This document shows positions 25,351 through 38,441 of a stretch of DNA of 64,000 nt, piece by piece. The position numbers were made by a program, and so were the translations under genes. The stretch covers positions 16,530,651 to 16,594,650 of the forward strand of contig CM120647.1 in assembly GCA_051362555.1 (NCBI GenBank), in the 5' to 3' direction. Position 1 is the stretch's first letter, and each line of letters begins with the position of its first letter. A model generated the notes under the pieces. That model was not told the origin of the DNA, searched no databases, and saw only the letters and a list, made by a program, of their open reading frames with translations. The DNA is from Lingula anatina (lineage: Eukaryota > Animalia > Brachiopoda).

Positions 25351-26296
25351 TAAGTTCCGTCTCATGTCGCTGTCTATCTTATCTACCACCGGAACTTCGT
25401 TACAAGATGTCATTTGTGATAAACTTTCGGTAGGGATCAGGAACTCCCGAATACGTAGACTAGAGCGGGGTGGACTGTCACATGCCGTGGTGAAGGCATC
25501 AAAGATGAGGCCGTGAAAAGGGCAAAGCTCTTTATGGCGGGAAATAGCTATGATTAGTTCACTCAGCTTGCGTGAAAATGAAAATGAAATTATCCCAGGG
25601 ATCGCGAAGAGTGATATTTTCAGAATCAATGAGGAAGGTACACGGGCATGTGGTCTGGAAAAAAAGCGAGAACGCAGTCAGAATCCGTTTAAATGTATTT
25701 CGCGCCATGAATTCGCGTTTAATATGTCTTCAGATGAACGTTGAATAAAATCGGATGTAGAGAAAGTCAAAATCTCTCTGAAACCCACGTTCGGCTGTTG
25801 TCTTAATCGGTTAATCAACCCATGGGCATAATGAGCCTAAATAACACAGAAAACGACTTAAGGATACCACACTTGTCTGCCATAATGGAAAAAGAAAACG
25901 GTCAGAATATATAGGTTAGGTACTTTTTAAGAAATTTGATAAAATTGCCATGTGTGTATGTAAACGTACACCACTGTAAGCAAAATATATAACCGATATC
26001 GATCGGGTCTTTTCCATTATGGTAGATAAGTGTGGCGTTCTAAAGTAGTTTTCTGCGGTTTTAGGGTTCACTAACCGATGCAGGCGACAGCATAGTGCGT
26101 TTAAAACGATCGGTATAAAACCCTGTGCATATTACTATCTCCAAGCGCATGCATCAAATGATTTGTTTTACATTATAAATAACACCGTTAAAAGCATAGA
26201 TCAGTGGGAACGCATCTCTCCTGCAGAAGCATGCTGTAATGTGAGGAGCAAATTTCCTTCCGAAAATTCTCTCTAGAACGTCCTATAGAACTCTAA

Positions 26297-26472
26297 GGCC
26301 GTATTCAGAACAGTGGACTGACTATTCCGCGGGTCAAATATGGCGACTTACTAAAAAGCTTGCCGTCTAATCCGCCAATAGACACTGACTAGATTTCCCG
26401 TGGGGATGTATTCGAGTGGGTCGGTCATATTTGACCAGAGGACTAGATAGCCCCACTGTTGGAAATGCTGCC
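26297..26472. mobile_element. Tourist/PIF-Harbinger-like MITE (same family as 17743-17917)
   Basis: GGCCGTATTCAGAACAG...GGTCAAATATGGCGAC...GTGGGTCGGTCATATTTGACC; TAA left flank. Confidence 0.8.
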
Positions 26473-26954
26473 TATGGTACTCCATACGAATTTTCTTACA
26501 GGCCTCCATAGGAAGCCTACACCACAGGACTCTATGGGACTCTATAGGAATTCCATCGGGCGTCATTTAGGATTCCTACCTATTACAATGTCCTATAGGA
26601 ATCTATAGGATTTTGGGCCAGTTTCCTATTGGACGGCCTATAGGACCTATGAGGATGTGCATGTACATGTAGTACACAGCTATAAGCAAACTATATAGGC
26701 TAACTGATATCGATCGGGTCTTTTCCATTATGGTAGACTGGTGTAGTGTTCTAAAGTAGTTTTCTGCAGTTTTTAGGGTTCATCAACCGATGAAGGCGAC
26801 AGTAAAGCACGTTTTAAATAATCGGTATAAAACCCCAACTCATATTGTTATCTCCAAGCGCATGTATTATTAAATGATTTGTTTTACATTATGAATAACA
26901 TCGCTAACAACACAGACTATACCCTGAGCTTCAAAGGTCAGTAGTTTCATGTAG

Positions 26955-26983
26955 CAGGGAATTATATCCGATATAATTCCCTG
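26955..26983. mobile_element. 29-bp palindromic micro-element with 7-bp TSD
   Basis: CATGTAG|CAGGGAATTATATC-C-GATATAATTCCCTG|CATGTAG; second copy at 42450-42477. Confidence 0.7.
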
Positions 26984-27364
26984 CATGTAGGAACTGGCCT
27001 CTCCGCCAGAGGAATGCAAGTTTCCTTCTGAAAATGTTCTTTATGACGTCCTATAGGATTCTCACGCAACTCTATAGGGCGTCCTATAGGATTCTATTAT
27101 TCTAGTCCTGTAGGACTCTAGGACTCCTTAGCGACTCTATAATACTCTGTAGGAGTTCTACTGGAAACCGTATAGGATTCTATGGGACTCTTAGGACTCC
27201 TACGTGACTCCATGGGACTCTGTAGGGATTCTATAGGATTCCTACACGACTCGATGGAAATTAGTGGGATATAAAGATATAAGACGTGCTGTAGGACTCT
27301 ATAGGAATCCTACACGATTGTATGGGACTCAATAGGATTCATATCTAGGACAAATGCCCTGTAG

Positions 27365-27531
27365 CAGGGGCGGATTTAGGCCGTCCTCTGGGTCTTCCGG
27401 AAGACGGTCAGATTTTCAAGTTTACATTGACAGGTATCTATTTTTTCTGTTGGAAGACGGTCAAAATTCGAGGATGGATCAACAAAGATAATTTGGAAGA
27501 CTGTCAGAAAATAGCTCTGGATCCGCCCCTG
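27365..27531. mobile_element. CAGGGGCGGAT-TIR MITE, intact, 167 bp
   Basis: Perfect 11-bp TIRs CAGGGGCGGAT/ATCCGCCCCTG; CTGTAG duplicated on both sides (27359-27364, 27532-27537). Confidence 0.88.
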
Positions 27532-30500
27532 CTGTAGGACCCTAAAGTGTTCTGGGCCGATTTCCAATTGGGTGGCCTATAGGACTCATGAGGAAGTTTC
27601 TGTTTCAGTTTCCAGTGATCTACGAAAATGAGGGTGAACAGGAATAAGTTCAAAGCTATTAATCCCTATAATATCATGGGTGTTGATCTGTCCGAAAGTA
27701 TCATAACTCAATAAAGAAAAATGATCTGAATATCAAAGGTGAGATGTGTCATTGATTATTCAAGCTTGTCTTAGTGCTCCCGGGCAATGAGTGTACTGTA
27801 ATAACATATATAGACAATAGTAATGTAATATATGCAATCTGCGGTATAGAAATAAGACGTGCCCCATTTTTCCTCCATCATTTTGACACAACAAAAGAAA
27901 ATTATCATAGCATCAAATGTTGAAATATTCTTATTGTTTGATCTGACATATGCTCTTCAAGGACATGACATGGGCCTCCATAGACAACAGTACTGGGACA
28001 TGCAACCAAGCACATATATCCATTTATCAGTGATTGAGACCTGTCAAGGGTGATATTCTTCCTTTTAGATAAGTTTACTTCCGTCTGGGAATGTTAAAAG
28101 TTTCTCGTCATACACAAACAATTGATAAGAACGAAAGAGAGGACTTTTAAAAGATAGGAATGCAAGATATGTTAGTTATTTGTCATCATCATTCTTTTAT
28201 CAAAACAGGGACAAAAAAGTACCCCGAGTTTGAGAGGCCTTTGGAATGAACTCACCTCTCTACTACCATTACGCCTATGCCATTTCAGTCACAGACATGC
28301 TGATAGTAGTCTTTTCTGACACTCAGGGTGAATAGAAAAGGCATCCGCTACAAACCTGTGGCATAGACAATATTGCGTGAGGAAACTAACGGCGGATTCA
28401 TTTTGTGATTAATTTTATATTTAGGAAGGCATACTCCAGACCAGTACTTCTTACATAATTACATTTTTTGAAATATTTGATATGAAGTTGGCATTTTAAG
28501 TTACATGATATCTCCCTATTGTAGAAACAGTAAAATAATTCTACGAGATACGATCTGTAGGCCTACGATCTAGAGGCGATCTTCATTTGTTCTTCTTTAA
28601 AGATGACAACAACCTAAACAATATATACAAATTATACACTGCAAATATTATTTATTTAAAAATCAAACAGACTATACATGTAAAATCAAAATCAAATTAA
28701 GAAAATAACACATAACCTTGTCTGTTTTTCTTTAATTTTAACAAAAGGGTCCCTATAGACATCTCTTTTATTTCATTCTGGAGAACACTCCAAAATTAAC
28801 AAATCCACAAGCTTCATTTTCCCAAAAATATCATTTATGTATATGTTCATAAACATATAACTACGCATAGTGTACAAAAAAAAAAAAAAAAAAAAAAAAA
28901 CTAGTCCATAATCTTCTAAGTTTCCGACAAGACGAAGCCAGGTTGAGAGCTTGCACCAAGACGAGAACAATAAGAGAACTTTTATCAAGACAAGACCAAT
29001 TAGAGAGCTTTTACTAATAAACAAGGGTGTCCAGCACCTGTCATAGCACATGGAAAAAAATCTTCAAAATCAAAAATTATCCAAACTTGTGCACCTTTGT
29101 GTTACTATTCACATCACTAGTATATTAAGTATTAATACTATATTTCTAAATCTGAAGGTGCATTCAGAACTGATCTTACTTAAACCAGAACAATTCATCT
29201 TGGAAAAAAAAAAAAAAAAACGACAACCAGCTATCAATTACTTCTCATAATGAGGTTTGTTGACATAATTAAAGCACCCTTTAATGCCCCTTTTCCTACA
29301 GACCCCCAAAAGGAATCTTCTCCCCCCCCCCCCCCCCCCCCCAATGAGACCTCACAGGACCATTGAAAGATCTCCATAGGTGCCACAGAACCCCTACAAT
29401 GTATAGTGCCCCCAAAGAACCAACATGCTTCCTGAAGACTGTGTTTCGGGAACCTAAAAATATCCCCATGAGACTCCTATAGGGCCGCTATTGCCCCCCT
29501 CTATAGCAAAGACTACAAAGGACATTTAAAGCCCCCTTAAAAACCAAGATAACCCCACAGACAACCCTGCCAGAGCCCCTATAGGACCCTCAAAGGGCCT
29601 CCCAACCCCCTTCAGAACCCCAAATGGGACTGTCACATACATCCCAAAGTGAGCCCCAATAGATTCCCCCCCCCTCTCCCGAGGGACCTCCTAAGGATCC
29701 ACTATGCACCTTGCTTCTTCAAATTCCATATAATTCAACTAGGCTGTCTGCAGATCTCTGTCAGACCATTTCTGGTTTAAATAAAAACAAATCTGAATTC
29801 ACCCTATGAAGAGAAAAAATACTGAAAAACATTTTGATTAGAAGCACCAGTAAAATATACTAACTATACAAAATATTTTATGTATAACAATAATACAGCT
29901 GGTTGAAATATGTTACCCTAAAGTTACACCTGAAGTCTAATGAATTAAACAAATACTGGAATGGCAAGAAAAAATAATGTAAACAAAGAAATAATAAAAT
30001 TTGGAATAAGATCTAAAGAACTCAATGCTTATCTACCCAAAACAAACCCCTTTTCTTTTTCCACTACCAAATAGTTTTTCACTTTAACCCAAGAAAAAAA
30101 AAGATTCTGGTCAATTATCATAAATTTAGCTCACAGTTTCAATTATTTATACAATGGTACTGCTTGCTAGAGAGAGGACAACATTACTCCTGTCAACTCA
30201 TAAATAAACAGAAAAATAAACATCAAATAAATAAACAAATAGTGGTTATATTCTTGTTGTTTTCACTTTGCATAAAAAGTAATTTACCTGTCTTTGAGAT
30301 ATAATTACAGGTGTTCTATTGTAAAATATTTTTAGGTCATGGCCTTCTTGCAAAAATGGGCAAGAAAACCAATAAGGATTATTACAAAGAATGAAAAAAA
30401 AAAACACACACTGGTCCCCTTTTAAAGCTTGACAGAATATGAACTAACTGAAACAAACATTTTTCACAGTCCTTTCATGTAAAAAAATTAAAAGCACCAA

Positions 30501-31306
30501 AATTTCAGCCTACAATCTGTAAAGAAAAACTTTTTTGGTGGTCAAATAGTCACCTTTGGTTTGGAATGTGGTGTGATCCATTCCTAATTTTAGACAAATG
30601 ACATGAGTGTCGAGCACATCCAACATATTGAGGCCATTAACACATGCACCATGATTTCAGAGAGAGACTACAAAAACATTTAAAATCTAAGCAAAACTTA
30701 TGGAAAAACCCTAGAGTCAACATTTTTGGGACTTTCACTTTTCCACCAGAAAGTTGAAACAGAGAGAGATAGGGAACAAGAGACAGAGACTGGGTGTGTG
30801 TGATTCAGTCAATCAGTAAATCTAAGAACACGTAATTTTACAGTCTGCCTCCTTAACACTGGCCTCACACAAAATGCCAGTAAAGATCTATAATGAGCAC
30901 AACTCTTTCATTTCCCACACCACATTATCTATTTTACTGAATGTTCATAACATGAACGCTAGTAACTCGGTTCCATCTGGACTACCTTTTGCAGTGTCAC
31001 AATCAACTGTCACAACTAACACAACCAGGACAGTAACATCTACCGTAAAGCTGATTTGTTTTGTCCTACAGCAAGTTTTGAAACATCTTCTCTAACATTA
31101 CTGGAAGTAAGTCACATCCAAACTTCAAAAAATGCCCCAACTACCAAAACTGGGATAGTTAGGTACTGCAACCTTGTCCTTGCTTTCTTGCTTCACACCT
31201 TTTGATTCTTCTGAAATATGGTGACCCACTCTACTGTTATTGGAATCATGTCCCATCCAGTACATCCCAGTAGTGTCTCAACCAACACAATTGGGGTATG
31301 TCACAC

Positions 31307-31509
31307 CTACTGCATTCTTGAGACTGGAATGTCTTTGATGATCCACTCGGCGTTAGGATTCACTTTGTACAGTGCCAGCATGTTGGCATTGTTATCCAAA
31401 CGACGTTCACCTGGTAATGGAATAAAAAGGTGAAAAAGGTTCATGTGGTGATCCCCGTCGAATCACATACGATATTTCTTTCTTATTCTGTAGTTTAGAA
31501 GTGTGTGAA

Positions 31510-31554
<45 letters not shown>

Positions 31555-34500
31555 ATGTGCATTAGCATTCGCACTGTCTATTCGTACTTTCTATAACGAT
31601 AGTGATTAGTTTAACATAGTGATTAAATTTACAAAGATATTAAGATTCAACACCATGTATATTTTCTTGTCTAATTTTAATCCTACCAATATTTCCACCA
31701 CATTCATAAAGATATGAGTTGTCCATGGCAAATGTGACATTCATGGGGTTGGCACATCCTCTGGGTGGGGCATACACAGCACCTTTAGAACTCCTGGGGG
31801 GAGAGAAATGTGTTTGTTGAGACACAGGTAACACAATCAAGACAATCACAACCACCAGAATCAAGACAATCTCAACCAACACAATCAATACGATTTTGTT
31901 ATCTGTGACACTGGTACGAAACTTGTTCAAAAATCTATGGCACTGGCATTGTCAATTTGTTAATAACACTACTATAACAACAATGTTAATGCATAAAGAC
32001 TAGTAATGAGGAAAATAATGTTATACACCAGACTTAGGGCACACATTATTTGACAAAGTCTATGGCTAGTAGATTTGAAACAACCACATCAGTTTTATCT
32101 TTTATTTTAACCAGCAATAATTTGAACAATGGAAAGAAATGTTGCTAAAACTGTCTGTAACAAAGCTTTCCCCAGAGAGCCATCGAGCTGCCATATGGAT
32201 GGCCATTAGCCTCAAAAGACTGCCTTGATTTTCAAAGACGATTTAAAACAATATTGGTTTGGTTGTATCTGCTTGGGTGGGAATCTCAGTGAATCAATAT
32301 TCAAATCACATGATTCACATTTTGGACTCTCTGTACCCACAATCCTGAGAAAACCCTTGGTCTGAAACAGCCATTTATTTTTTTCTTTCCAAACCAAAGA
32401 TTGAGAGACAGAGGAAAGTACTACATACAGCTAATTTAACCCACCTCTGGGGAGTGGCATCATAACTTGTTTTCCTCTTAAACTTGGCGACAATTTCCCC
32501 CGCTGTCATATTTTCATCTAACTGGACAGCAGTGCTGTTCTTGGTCAGGCCAGGTGCCTGCACTCTTATGATGCCTTCTTTGAATTCAGCCTGGAAGAAA
32601 AAAAAAAGAGAAAATGAAAGGAACAGAGAGGAAAAAGGAATGGAGGCTTTTATATAGGACCATTGGCAATTTAGGGCACGATAGTGTTGGTCTAATAGCA
32701 TATTAATTCGTTTTTTTTATTTAATCTCTAAGTTTTTTGTGGTTATAGAATACTGACTACATCAAGCCCCGCATGGATTTCTACTTTTGGTGTATTAATT
32801 TTTTTATTTCAATTTTTTAAAGAACGGCTATTCTTACCTCACTGGAAATCTTCTTGTATACCTCAGATTTGTCCTTCTTTCCTCCAAATAACTGCATAAT
32901 CTGAGTAATATAAAGGCAGAACTAAGTTTAACTTAATGAATTATCACAAAAGTATTGAAGGCCAAACAAAGTCTGTGTTCTGTTAAGACAATAATTTGTG
33001 TCGCTAAAAAGTGTGCACCTTAACACATGTAAACATTACTGTCAGGGGCATAACCAGACCATTTAAAATTGTACGCACAGATTTTGAAAATTCCCAGGTA
33101 CGATTATATTCCGTGAAAAATACACTGAATTTATGGAGAATAATATCATGGTTGGCTCAAAAAATTGTACGCACAGTGCATCCGTGCGTATGCCTGGTTA
33201 CGCTCCTGACTGTTTAGAGAAATTGCAAAATGTGACTGTGAAGGGTCATGCAGAAAGAAATTCCTCTTTACAATTTTTATCATTATCATCATCATCAGCA
33301 TCATCATCATTTTTTACTATTATCAGTATTCTTATTATTATTACAATCAATGTAACTCCTTTTTTATTTACATTATCAAAAATTTTACTTCCACATTACT
33401 GGCTATTATTATTATTATCATTTTATCATCACTTTTTAGTTATCAAGTGTCTTCGATTTGTTTTTGGTTTTCTTCTGTTGCTCTCCCTTTCTTACTAGTA
33501 ACACATGATCCAACATCTTTGCTCATTATCATTATCATTATAATTATAATATCTTTTTTTAAATCACAAAGTGTCTAAACTCACAGATTTGTCTTTGGTT
33601 TTCTTCTGTTGCTCCATCTCATACTGGTGCCTAACCTGCATCAACATCACGGAGGGTACCGTCCACAGGATGTGATGGTATCGGATCAACATCTTCACTA
33701 TATTAGACATGCTGGCCGCTCTCTGGGTCTCCAGCTCCTTGAGATCTTTGTGTTTGTAGTGGGACTGAAATGAAAGACAAAATAAAGATGATTAACATTT
33801 TACTAATATAATGGGACTATAAAACAATAAGGGCATTTTTCCAACACATGGAATCCAGCTCACTGAAATTTTTTTGTTTGTCATACGACTAAAATGAAAA
33901 TAAAGACAAATTACATTTTTCCTCTACAGTGACTCCAGCACTGTGGGATCTAAATGTTATCATGACACTTAATTGAAAACAAAAACAACATTTTCATATT
34001 GATGGACATGGTGCCCTGAGCTTCTTCAGTTATTTTGATTAAGAGTTGATGCTGGTAACAGTACTGACTGCCAAAGTACCAAAGTACCAAGCTCTGAATG
34101 AGACACACCCAGAAAGGGCAAAATTCAAAATGAATAAAAGGAGAGTTCATTTACCTGTAGTACCTTGACCTCAGAACTTAACCCTAATTGTTCAGGCAGA
34201 AACAGTTACACATCATTCATAAATACAGTGTTGACCAAGAAGTTATTTGACATACCTGGACAAGAAACAGGTTGGGTGCCATGATCATGGCCACATTGGC
34301 AAGGGACATTTTGTTTTGTTGTTTGTGGTCTATGACATGGTGGAGAAACTGCAGCAAAAGCTGTCAATAGAACAAAATACACTCAAATACTGACAACAAC
34401 AACAACAATACTCATAATAATAATACATTAAGAAAATAATATGGAAAATTGGCTACACAACTGTTATGGCAAATAAATACTGTAATAAACCTGGTGACAC

Positions 34501-37500
34501 AACTGTTAATGAAATAAAAGATACTGTTAAAAGGAAGTGTTGTAATCACAAACTTCACACACAGACACCGAATTTTCCACTACACTCCTACTAGTACCTT
34601 GAGTGTACTTCTGTTGACATCTGGTAGCAGCAGGATCAGCAGGTTCAGAGCCTGGAGCTGTTGTTTCTTGTCTGAAATAGCTGCAGGAAAGAAAAAAATC
34701 TTTAAAAATTAAGTCACACTCAAGATAAAAATTCGATAAAATCAAGACACAGCACTGAGAAATAAGTATCAAAAAGCTGGAAATTAATGGTTAATATCTG
34801 ACTAGTAGATATGGCCTACAATTGGCAAATATTTCACTCAACAGGTTGTAAATTTGAAGCTGTTGCTTTTTGTCTGAAATAGCTGCAGGAAAGAGATAAA
34901 CGCACACACACACACACACACAGATACGTATATACGTATGTCATTACTGAAAAATAGAAGTAAAATGCTGGGGAGATATGCAAATTCATGGTCAATATCT
35001 CTCCTAGAGACATATGACTCACAAATTTGACCTATGACTGGCAAATATTTTAATCAACAGGATGAGAGCTTGGAGCTACCATTGCTGCAGCAATGAAAAA
35101 TATATCTGATTCATACTGGACTTTGGGCCAATTTATAAAGGACTTTCTATGGGAACCCATAGGAAATTTCCATAAGGGACTGTAATACATTATTGCACAC
35201 TTCACTTATCAAAGGTAATAATTATATCCAGTAACATAACTAAGGCCCCATGCAGAATAGGGGACTAACTTGTCCCAGGGTCAAATATGGCAACCCACTA
35301 CAAAGCTTGCCATCTTATCTGCTAATAGGCACTGAATAGATATCCCATGGGGAAATATTCAAGTGGGTCTGCCATATTTGACCCTTGGACTAGTTAGTCC
35401 CCTATTCTGAATGGGGCCTCAGACAGACCTTGAACCTGAGCGAAAGCATCTGTACACTGATTGGTCAACAGAGGCTCTGGAAGCTCACGCAGGAATTGTT
35501 TTAATAGTGCAGCAGCATCGTTAGGACGGACGTCATTCCAGCTAAACTCTCCACTGGGAAATGTGTCTTCAATTTGCTGTCGGAGGTTCTGAATAAAATA
35601 GGGCTCAATAATATAAATATACCAAGTTACAATTATCCATCTGTGCATTGCAGTGAATGAGATAAAGTATGAATTTATCCACAAACATTTTGAACACTTT
35701 TTTTACTGCATGGTAACATGTCTACTTTTTAACTGCATGGTATCTGTCTTTATCAAGAGTAAAGATTCTCTGTAAAAGAGTGAGCTAAACTCAATGGAGC
35801 AACTGAAATCTATCTCTTTAAAGAATATCGCTGAATATTCAAGACTAATCTTGAAATGCAATGGCTTACTCTGATTCTAGCGGCAGATCCCGGGACCCTG
35901 AGTATCCCCTCCATTTCTAGTGCATTTTTTTCCAGGAAAGAAATAATCTGGAAATACACAGGTAAGTGCCGGCTTAAAGGCAGACCTGCAGGCAGGAAGG
36001 GGGGGGGGGAGGACAAGTAGATTAAGGGTGCATTCCCAGAGATTTAGATCGACCTAACTCCCTGGGGGTTCACGCTAAATTGCTCTCAGCCGAGCTTGCA
36101 CCATAGTTAATTACCCCCTTACAGCTTTTAGTAGGTGGGACAGACGCTTAAGCCAGCTAAGCTGACAGTAATCTAGTGAGACTCCCCACAGGGATAGATC
36201 GATCTAAAATCTATGGGAATGGGGTCTAAGTGCCCTTGTGGCCAGGAAAAGGTTCCGCTCTGTATATTTGCACTTGGTTCCTTTCCAGTAACACTGCATT
36301 AGCTTTCATGGTTAGAAGCAGAACTTTCTTAGAAAAAGACCCCCTCCCCCTTTGAAACTGCTGATCACAGGCTAGAAAGTTGTAGACAGTTTATATAAAG
36401 CAGAACACATACAAATGGGTCAGGAAGTTTTTGATTCAAATAAGTGTTAACCAGTTGGAACTGAATGATATACTGTAAGCCATGAAGTACAGAATTTGAT
36501 GCTATTCTTTTAATGATAATTACTGAATAAATTTTTTGTTTCAACAATGTATCACATCACACACAGACCAAAAAAAAAAAAAATAAAAAAATAAATAAAT
36601 AATAAATAAAGGCTGCAGCTCATCTTGTACCTGTTTGAATATAAGTGGAACTCCCACATGCTGCCCTCTATCTTCATGCTGCAAGGTGTGAAGTGGAACA
36701 CCAAATAAACCTTGTTCTGGAAAGAATAATTTCAAAAATTTATTCAGATCCTGCCAATATCTTTGAAATATTGTTCAACTTACTCTAGTCAATTTCTGTA
36801 TTATTTCTTGCTTCAATTTGGTATGATATTTATTCAATCCTGAAAGTATTTTTTAATGCAATATTACTGACAAACATTCATAATATACAAGAACATATAC
36901 AGGGATGGGTGAAGGGGGGGTGAGTTCAAACCACCCTTCTGCCCAGAAAACACCATCTCTGAATTAAAATTTGATCTAAGTGCTGCATTTTTTTTTTTCA
37001 AGCTGGTTCAAAGAAGTGGGTAAAAGGTATAATTATTTTTAGAAAAAGAACCACCCTTTTGAATTAATGGCTACACTGCAGGCCTCAAATGCTTGTATTT
37101 ATTTTCAAATAGGCAAAATCTGGCCCAACCATATATCTCCTAAAATTGTTATAAACAAACAAATAAAACCCACCTTTAATTTTAACTTTACTTTTAATTG
37201 GTGTAAATAAAATGTTATAGATGTCAAACAAAGCAGTCAACTCTATATAGGCAAGAGCGCGTATTTTCTCTTTATCTTCAGGACCAACATCGTCAATCTT
37301 TGTGACCCCGAGTTCATCTTGGACCAAGACATAGTTCTACAAATAAAATTATTAAAAAAAACTGTCAATGTGGAACTGTTACCTGTGTATTGGGTATAAC
37401 AATGTACCAAATGCAAACATACCCTTATTAATATCACTGTCATATCTCTTTTTATACAAAACAATGTTTTACTTGATAACTTTTACCTCTTTCTTTTGGT

Positions 37501-38403
37501 GTCTCTATTTAATAATGCAATAGCCAAGCTATCAAGTTGCCCACTTATCAAAACATCCTGGAACATCTGTTACAGTATCGCTTCAGTACACATGCACAAA
37601 AAGCCTCAATATGATCTCAAATCTTAGGTGGTAAAGTGTTAATAATATATGTGTAACATTTATTGCTTCACTGTGAAATATTCATGCCAGTGGCATTCAA
37701 CTTACTGGCATTCCTTCACTTTCTTCTGTCACACTGTCGTTACTGAAGTTCTGCAAATAAAATGGAGTACTTAAATGAGGAATAACATAATACATATATA
37801 AAATAAAGATAATCTTTCTGACTATAAAATAGTGTTGGCAGAAATTGGGCTTGAGAGCATAAATTGTGTTTGACAGTAGCAATGTGTCAAGTATAAATGT
37901 GGTAGGTGTGAAAGTGTGTTAGGTATGAATGTGTTAGGTGTGACAGAGTGTTGGATGTGACAGTGTGTTGGATGTGACAGTGTGTTGGATGTGACATGTG
38001 ACATGGATGGGGTTGTACTGGGCAATGCATTGTGTCAATTGTCAAATTGTTGGATGCGAAAATACTAAAATTGTGACAGTACAAAAGCTATAGAAATATC
38101 AATGAACTCACCAGAGAAGAATCTGACGTCACATCTGATGAGTCGTCAGTCTTAAAATTCAATTTCACCTCTGAGTCGGAGACGGTTCTTGACAATCTCT
38201 CTCCCGTTTCCTCCTCTGGCTCTTCTTCCTGCTGTGTTATAATATGCATTGGACTGGCGCGAGATTGTATACTGAGCGTCTCAATACCTGGATGGTCTAG
38301 AGTTAGACAATTATGATCCACAGTTGATAGCCAAAGTTAGAGTGGAATTAATGAGTTATTAAATAATGATCAGTTTGGTGCTCTATAAAATAATTTCCCA
38401 TCG

Positions 38404-38441
<38 letters not shown>

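Larger units (their letters stand above)
25960..27600. repeat. Two diverged tandem units (~25960-26660 and ~26670-27600), each ending in a CTATAGGA-rich short-repeat array
   Basis: GATATCGATCGGGTCTTTTCCATTATGGTAGA at 25994 and 26706; both end GGGCC..TTTCC.ATTGG..GGCCTATAGGAC..ATGAGGA. Confidence 0.8.
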
